This document shows positions 18,059-27,000 of a stretch of DNA of 30,943 nucleotides, piece after piece. The notes under the pieces were generated by a model. The model was not told the DNA's origin, did not search any database, and saw nothing but the letters and a program-made list of their open reading frames with translations. Source of the stretch: a virus (lineage: Duplodnaviria > Caudoviricetes); the IMG/VR virus record IMGVR_UViG_3300010413_000119, positions 1 through 30,943 of that record. One strand, 5' to 3'. Position 1 is the stretch's first letter. Each line of letters starts with the position of its first letter. The translations under genes were made by a program, and so were the position numbers.

Positions 18059-21000
18059 ATGCCTACTGGTCCTATCTCGCAGTTGCGGGAGTTACAAAAA
18101 AAACAGGATGAGCCGAGTTTCCTGAAAGAGACAGGTAAAGGTGTCGCCTCAGGCTTGGTTAATCTTGCCAGCTCTGTCGGCACTGGTATCGAGTACCTTG
18201 GTGGTAAGCTCGATGACCAGGACTTGCTCGATCTGGGTGAGACTGTTGCATCCTACTGGAACGATGTGAACCAGGAGCACTTCCAGGCTCATGAGTCGCT
18301 GCGTGGTCCCATTTATACACCAGAGAAAGGCCTTAACACCGACCTGCTGTCAAAAGCCGCGTGGTGGGGCTACAACGTGGGCAACATCGTTCCTTCTGTT
18401 GCTGCTTCCATGATCCCTGGTGCTGCCGTGGCCAAAGGTGCCAAGGCATTACAGATTGGCCAGAAGGTTGTTCGTTGGACTCCATCTGTCGTAGCCAAGA
18501 TGGGACGCCTTGGCAGAGCCCTTGCCGATGCTGACAAAATCAATCGCGGTCTCGGTGCCGCTGCCGGTGGTCTCGTTGGTGGTGCGCTCGAAGGCTCCAG
18601 CACATACCAAGAAGTCCTGCAGCGTGGTGGTTCGAGAGATGAGGCTGAAGCCGCAGCTGAGCAGATGACACTCGCATCCGGTTTCCTTAACGCACTGTCT
18701 GTCGGACAGATGATGAAGAAGTTGCCAAAGGGAGTCATTGGTAATCTGGAACGTAGAACCATTGATGGTCTTGTCGAGGGCATTACCGAATGGTTAGAAG
18801 AACCGTCTGAAGCGTACATCAAAATGCGCTTAGCAGATAAGAAAGGATCAGAGCTTAAATTCACCCCGGAGCAGGCCATGCAGCAGATTTACAATGGCCT
18901 TAATGTCATCCCTCCATCTATCATCTCCGGGATGTTATTTGGTGGAGGCGAGCCCGCTTCTGTTGGTCAGGTCACAGAGACCAGGGCAGTGCCAGAACCT
19001 ACCGGCCCACTCACCACTGCTGCACAGGGTCTAAATCGTGCGATCCCACTTAATGAAGAGGGTGCCATGCGCCGGGCTGAAGCTCTGTCTGCGCAGGGTA
19101 TGCAGCATGCAGTCGTACCTCATCCTGAAGTGCCAAATAAATTCACCGTGATGCCGGTGCAGGAGGTGCAAAATGCCAGCGAAGTACGAGGCAATGAGGG
19201 ACAAGTTCAAGAAGGAATGCCTGCAGTCGGGGAAGGGGGAGAAGTATTGCGACCGATTCGCCAAGACCAAGGCAGCGAAAATATACAACTCCCAGAGGAA
19301 ACCAGGGCAGGAGCCGGTAACGAGAAATTCGGGCTGACTCCGGCTGAAGAGGGAGATATCAAGATCAGGGAAATGGATACGATCAAGCGGAATGCCATTA
19401 ACGAAAGAGCAGGAAAACTTGTCACCGATGAAGTTGGTGCTGATCGTAAATTGAAGGAGATGGATTCAATCAAAGCATCTGCCCTGAAAGAGCGTCTTGA
19501 TAAAATGCCGTCTGAAGAAAAGGCTGCATCACTTCAGGCATTCGCTACTTATCTCAGGGCACCAAAAAATGGCGGTGAGCACATCAACAGCAAGCGTGTT
19601 GATATGGAGATAAGCGAGGCACGCAGACGCCATCTTGCTCTTCGTGAGAGCATCGACAACATGACACCGGAGGACAGGGCTACTGCTATCTCAGCATTGC
19701 GTGAGATGGCTCTCACATCACGTCTCACCGGATTAAGAAATAACGATGCCTTCGTTGAAGAACAGGGTGAAGACTTCGATGCTGAGGGCAGTGATAAATT
19801 CATTGCCTCTATCGATGCAGATGGATTGAAGGCTATCAACGATAACCTGGGACACAAGAAGGGTGATGCTCTTCTGCGTGCCATTGGTTATGCAATTAAT
19901 GCAGAGCTGTCAGGAGACGCCAAGGGGTATCACCTCCATGGCGATGAATTCACTATCACTGGCAATAACCGGGATGAAATAGAGCAGATCACTCAGCGTG
20001 CAGCAGAGCGTTTGAAAGAAGCTACTATCACCGGCATGACACCTGATGGTGAAGAGATTGAACTGAAAGGAATTGGTTTCTCCTACGGCATCTCAGATAC
20101 GTTACAGGAGGCCGAAAATGAACTCGCAAGAAACAAAGCAGAAAGGGAAAAAACCGGGGAAAGGTCGCCTCGTGGTGAACTCCCTGCAAGAGTTCTTAGA
20201 AAAGGCAGACCCGAAGCAACCAATACAGGTCAGTCTACCAAAGAGAAGTCAGAAAGACTAACGTCTAACCGGCCCCAGTTTGTGATGGAGGAGCCTACCG
20301 GACCGTCTGCAGAGGATATAACAAAAGAGGCGCATCGTGCCGCCACGAGTCCCCGTAGCAGAGTCAGGAAGCCTACCGAAGCACAGCTGAAGGCCGGTAA
20401 CTACAAGAAGGGTCACGTCACTCTACAGCAGCTCCCTCTTACCATTGAGAATGCAGCAGGGACCAAACGCAAACCCGATTGGCCAAATCTGCAGAACCAC
20501 TATGGTTACATCAAGGGAACCCTGGGTAAGGACGGTGATCAGATCGATGCCTTTATCGGTCCAAATCCTCAGTCAACCAAAGCATTCGTCATCGACCAAA
20601 AAACCAAAGATGGTAAGTTCGATGAGCATAAAGTCATGCTTGGATTTAATTCACTAAAACAGGCTAAGCAGGGATACCTGAAAAGCTATGAGGAAGGAGA
20701 GGGTCGCATCAAAGCGATCACCCCTACCAGCGTGAAGAAGGTCAAGCAGTGGATTGATGCCGGTGATACCAGAAAGGAATTTGCCAAGGGCAAGAAAGAG
20801 TTCATGTTCTCCACTGAATACATCCGTGAGATGAATGAGGCAGAGGCACGCAGGAACGCTCTTAATGTAGCTTCTGGTGATGAGAACACAGCCATGGATG
20901 TCTATGACAACCAGATCGACGAGCACAACTTCTCTAGCGACTGGGATGTAGATGATGCAGAGTATGCACTAGACACAGAACAACTAAATCAGGCCATCGA

Positions 21001-24000
21001 CGACACCCTTGGCAGGGAAGAGCTGAAAAAAGAGTACATGGAAAAAGAGGATGTCACAGAAGAAGAGGCTGACAAGCTCTCCAACTATGGCTTAATGGAT
21101 GCACTGGGTTATACCTTGGAGGATGATGGTGACTTCGATCTGAGTGATATCGCTACTTACAACGAAGAGCTTGGTTATCATTACACTACACAGGACGGGT
21201 ATGTCGTGCTTCGTGATGATAATGGCGACTTCAATGTTGTTGACTGGAAAGATGGCCAGCCAGCCTATGTAACTGTGCCAGAGGATGAAGTTGCTCAGTG
21301 GATGGATACCGAATCAGCCAAGGGGCAATATGAAGCATTATTCAGAGAACGTTATGGTAACGACTGGACCATCGACGAATACTCTGGTGATGCTGCTTAC
21401 TGGTCAAATACTATTAATGGCATCACGGTCAATGTTATTGAATCACCAAGAGGCGCATTTGGTGAAGCGTTCATTGATCCAGAAGGAGACCCTGAAACCA
21501 CTGAAGATGAGAGTGTTGACTCTGTTATAAATGAACTGCATGACATGACAGAGAATGCAGAAATCTCTGGTGTCCTAAAGATGTTTCCTGTTTACGATGG
21601 AGAAAATGCTGTTTATGTCGATGTCGAATATACCAAGGAAGTAAATGGTGATGACATCACTATAGATAACATAAGCAATGGTGAAAGTGGCGCAGGATAT
21701 GACATCGGATCATTTGGCGAAGATGAAATATCAGCTGTGAAAAGAGAAATCGAGACGCACTTTGCAAACGATAATACCGTGTTCGATTATGAACCACCTG
21801 ACGCTCAATCCAAAAAAGCACCAGAATACAAACAAATTAATAAGCTGGTGAACGAGGTATTGCCAGCAGCAAAACGTATTCATGACATGTTCGCTGGTAG
21901 AGTTTCAGATGGTGGATTGACCCTCACAGACAATCCTGAACTTGAAATGCAGGTAGCCGCTCACGCTTCTGGTCTTGCTAATCCTATAATTGCAAAAAAT
22001 GCAATAGACGCAATGGGCAGCAATATTATCGAAGACCAGCCATATATGTATAACATTCCTGCGTTCTTCGAGCCCACCGCAAAAGGTTATGGTGCATATA
22101 GCGCCATGACCGGAGAACTGCTTGCAGATGTTCCTGTTGCTGATGAGAACGAGATGGTTGCACTCACATCAATGCTACGAGACAAGTATCTACTTTCACA
22201 GGGAGAGAGTATCGGCAGTATGCCTAAAAAAAGCTCTATCGAGTCAGAGTCAAACGCTGAAATAAATGATAGATACGAAGCACGTCTCCAGGAGATGAGG
22301 GATGCAGCTCTTGGCCTTAATGAACATGTAGAGAGCGTCATTGAGAGCTGGGCTAACGCACTTGGAATACAGAAAAATAAACGTAAGGAATTTATCGAGA
22401 AAAAGAAAAGCGATTATACAGCCAAGTACCATAGAAAACTCGCAGCAAGTGCAGAGGAAATTCGTAAGGCTATTTCTGAGCTTGAATATGCTGTTCATGA
22501 TATCGAGGTTGCCACTGGAGAAAATCTAACTCTGGATATCGATTCTCCATACTCTCCTATACACGCACTTATCCGTGATGAGGCAACTAACTATTCATGG
22601 AAAGAGGAGATGGCAAACAATAAAAAACTCAGGCCTGAAATGCTGACAAGATTTAATGCCGCCACTCAAAAGTTACGTGGGGCATTATCAGTATTCCCGT
22701 TTACTGATAAAGAAAACGAGGAGATGACAAAATCACTCATTGGCTATGCAATGCGTAATCTACACCTTGGTGAGCCACGTCAAGATACGGCTGACTACCT
22801 GAGGTCAATAGCTGAGAAATACGATATCGCTTCTCTGGTTCCTGCATTAAATATTGAAGGTGTGACACCTGAGTTCGGTGTCAAACAAAGCATCTTTGCT
22901 GAAGCTATACCGAGTGAGAATTACGAGCCAGCAATACTCGATCTGAAACCAGAGGCACAATACAACTTCACCAGGGATGCGATGTCACTCATCTACGATG
23001 GTGGCGGCAGAAACGTTCTCATGGATAAGCTGGGTATTACCGGGTACAAAACCATCTTCTCAGAAGGTGCCTATGCCGGTGGCGTGCATCCAAACATCGT
23101 CACTGAAATGCCGCTGCTAACCAACCTGGATCGCGATAGCGCCAACCTGTACGCTACTGCCCTTCAGTATCTCTATCGCCAGGACAGTGTGGTGGTGCAA
23201 CGACTTGTACCTGACTCTGCCGACCATGATGGATTGGCTCGTGGTTTCCGAATCCGGTTCGGCTCTGCAATAGATGAAGCCACTGAAGCTAGGCTGCTTG
23301 AGGCCTTGGCGGCAGAGGTAAGTGACGGAGCCGGATTCACACGCATCGATAATGATGCTATAGTCTTAACTAACATCGCTCTGTACTCAGGCCTGTCAGA
23401 GGATGAGTTCGAGTCCAAGATGGTTGATTTCCTTACCAAAAACGAGGACTCGTTCGGCATCACCGAGGCAGGAACGTACTGGGCTGACCTAAACCTTGCA
23501 GATGAGGAGGCTCACCATGACTGGAGCAAAGACAGAGAAGGGACAGCGCTTGCAGATAAAATCGCTGCCAGCGGACGATCCGATATTCTCCCGTGGCTGG
23601 ACAGTAGGCGGAAGGCCTATCAATCAATTATTGAAGCGTACAAAAACGGCAGTGCAGAAAAGGGTATTTCCTTCGCGCTCTCGCAAGAGCTGAGCTGGAC
23701 ATGGCCAGAAAGTCCCGAGGAAGGGAGCAAGTTTGTTGTATCCAAAGGAAGGGAACGCATTACCGGCTCATTCGTAAGCATTCAAGACACCAAAGGCAGA
23801 CCGCGCCTCGCTGTTAAAATCGGTATGCAGATTGGAGATAACACTTTGACCATCGATTCCATGGTCAGGGGGATCATCAATAATGCTATCGAGTCAGACG
23901 TTAAGTCCTTGGCATTCAGTCAGCAGTCACTAAAACGAAGCAGCGATCTAACCGGGACACTGCAGACATTATCTGCCCAGGGATTAATTAGTGACGCTTA

Positions 24001-27000
24001 CATGACATCACCGCCAGATTCAGATGTCATGCTATATGCTTCTGATATCCTCAGCAGGCCTAAGTCTTCGCTGCAGGACGTGTGGATTAACGATGAAATA
24101 GCACAAGCTGTTCAGGCAACGCACGAAACCCAGGACGCATTCAAGGCTCCGTTCCATACTGAAAAGCCACGCACAAAACCTACTCAGAAATATGCTGATA
24201 AGGTGGAGTGGTTAATGCAGTATAAGACTCACCGTACTGCAGACGAAAGTACCGGAGAGCCAATTTGGTATGATACGTTCCCGCCTAGTGAATTCCAGAA
24301 GACGGTGCTGGCTGCTGCTATGCAAGACCTAGAAAAGGCTGGCATGCCGAGTTTTAACGACTCGAAGATAACCAATATCGGTGTCTCCTACATCAACAAC
24401 CTTAACATCGGCGGCTTCTATGCCACTGATGAAAATTCACTGTACCTTAACTCAGTCATAGTGGACTCACTGGCACTTAATGAATCACCGGCAACGAGAC
24501 GTGTGGTTGAGCAATATCTCGCACACGAGATGTCTCACTACTATGACTACCGTGGAGAAGATACATCGTTATCAATGGAGTCTCCGCTGTTCGACATTAA
24601 CTATAACAATATCTTCCCCACTGGAGAGACCACGGCTCGACTTGAGGGTGCCGGAGATATTATTACCGAGGTATATGAATTCTTTCGCGATCTTGCTGAT
24701 AGTGCAGGCGCAAGAGACTACCTATCATATCCGATGGTGTACCTTGGAAAGCTGCATGGTTACGGTCGTATTCTTGATGCTATCGATACCATCGTGGATG
24801 ACACTACATACTTCTCTGTAAGGCTTCACGCAATGCAGGTGGCAGCTCAAATTAAGAAGGAGACGTTTGCGCAATTAAGCGCTATGTATTTCACGCATCC
24901 TGAACTCGTTCAACGTTATCTACCACGTAGTTACATATTTATGCAGGAGGTGTCACATGGCATCAATCAATTCGCAGCTGGGGATGGCGAAGGCCACCTA
25001 CGAGCTGTATTTCGGGCACGCGATACCAACTCCGTTCGAGATATCAGAAGACGACGACTCGCTAATGAAGGAGTTGGTTCAGGCATTGCAGAAGAAGGAG
25101 CCGGTAAGAAGGTTCGAGTTGTACCGGCCAAAGAAAAACGCAACAGAGGAGAGTCCGAAACCTCCGATGCTATCAGACGAGTCACGCGAGAAAATAAGGG
25201 AGAATTTTCTAAGCGGGATGTCACCAAGTCCTTCGCAAAGGCGGCTGAAGAAGAAATAAAATTTGCCGTTGCAAATAATGGTGAGATGCTGCTGCATACT
25301 GAACGTGAAGAGATGTTTGACCGTTCTGATCTCCTGGTGCAAATCGCTGAGATAGCCAAGAAGGTAGAAGGTGACAACGACATCATGCTCGAAGTCATCC
25401 GTGTTGATCTTGGCGAGGACACTCCATTGTCTCCGCATGAGCGTGATGCTATCCGTGCATTCCTTAGCGAGTATCGTGCAGGTATGTCCACTTACAGTGG
25501 CACTACCAGTATCTTCGGTGATAAATCATTCACTGATGATAAGCAGGCATTCATGTTCGAGAGCATGGAGCACGCACTTAAAAATCGCATGAGCAAAGCG
25601 TCAGGTGTCAATGAAGATGAAATATGGAAGATGAGCCGTGACGATTATGTTGGCGATACCACAGGGGAAGAGTTAAAGCTGCGTGAAGACCGTCACTATC
25701 ATCTCGTATCTAAGAAGAATAACGAGTACATCAAGCTACGCATTGATCAGGCGGCTCATAAGGCAAAGGTATTGAATATCCTGGATGCCTATGCGAACAA
25801 AACAGGACACCTCATCCCTTACGATCTGTTCGACAGACTGTATACCAATGAAACGCTATACAACAGCGCTCCAAAGTGGATGAAGGAGGTTGTCGATGAG
25901 GCACGCGAAGAACATAGCCTCATGATAAATAGCTCGAATGATGCTGGCGCTATTGAGAACTTCTTCACACGCGCAGAACACTACCGCACCTACCGCAACC
26001 TGAAAGATGAAGCGAACAGGAAAATCGTGCGTGGCGTTACTCCATATAGCGGATTCCGTACCATTAAGCAGATTGAGGATATTGTCGATGAATCATTCGA
26101 CTCATTCCTGGTGCCGTCCATCATCCCTAAGATCAAACTGCCTCGATTCAGCATGAATAATGATGAGGGTGGCATTCCTAATAACGGAGACGCAACCCAG
26201 GTGCCGGATGAACATATCGCACGTCGAGCTATAGATGGGTATCGTGCAGCTGCCCAGTCAGTAGTTGACTGGATCGACAACGGACTTAACCCATTATCTG
26301 GATTACCTCAACTGGATAACTTCCTGCGTGGTCGTAGACAGGCTGTTGGTCGCATTGCCAAGGTCAATGAATTAACCCGGCGCATTTACAATATCTTCGA
26401 GCAGGCCACCGAGGAGGAGGCAAAATCTATTTATGAATACCTGACCAATGCAGAGGGCGCTCTGGCTGACCCAGGACGACTACCTAACCGTAACGTCCTG
26501 GTGCATCGAGAACGTGGTACTGGTCGCTTCTTCAGGAAGAAAGAAGAGGTCGATCTACGTCAAGAGACCATTGCTGTTAAGCGTCTCATCAATCATGTCG
26601 GTCGTAGCCTCGTTGAGCATGGAGTCATACCAGCAATGAGCTTCAAGCACTTCGAGAACAAGTACCTACCGAGGCTATATCTGGCTCACCTCCTTGGTGA
26701 GGGCGGATATCGCAAAATTGTCGGCGGTAAGAAGCTGTCCACCCTGGACTACTCGAAGAAGAGAAACCTGGGTCTCGATGATGTGACACGCATGGTCCTG
26801 GGTGAGATTAAAGACCCGGCTTATGTGGCTGCCAAGACAGTCGGTGTACCCATGCGCGACATCGCGATCCTGGACTTCCTGCAGAAGATATCTGAGAACG
26901 GTGAATGGTCCGTCCCTGGGGTAATCGTCAACTATGGCGGCAAGAAGGTTACTGCCTACTGGTTGATCGAGGAAGGAGAGTCCATGCTGGAGCGTGCTCA

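Noticed and set aside
24480-24821. Other same-strand alternate-frame ORFs in the giant gene (also 20445, 21285, 22341, 25371, 26448, 27087)
   Set aside because: No properly spaced SD, mostly inside folded host domains, and shadow-ORF composition.
25884-25925. Fifth AGGAGG-N6-ATG in the +1 frame of the giant gene
   Set aside because: Encodes only 9 aa (MRHAKNIAS). Probably chance or a decayed relic; it shows the pattern can arise without a gene.
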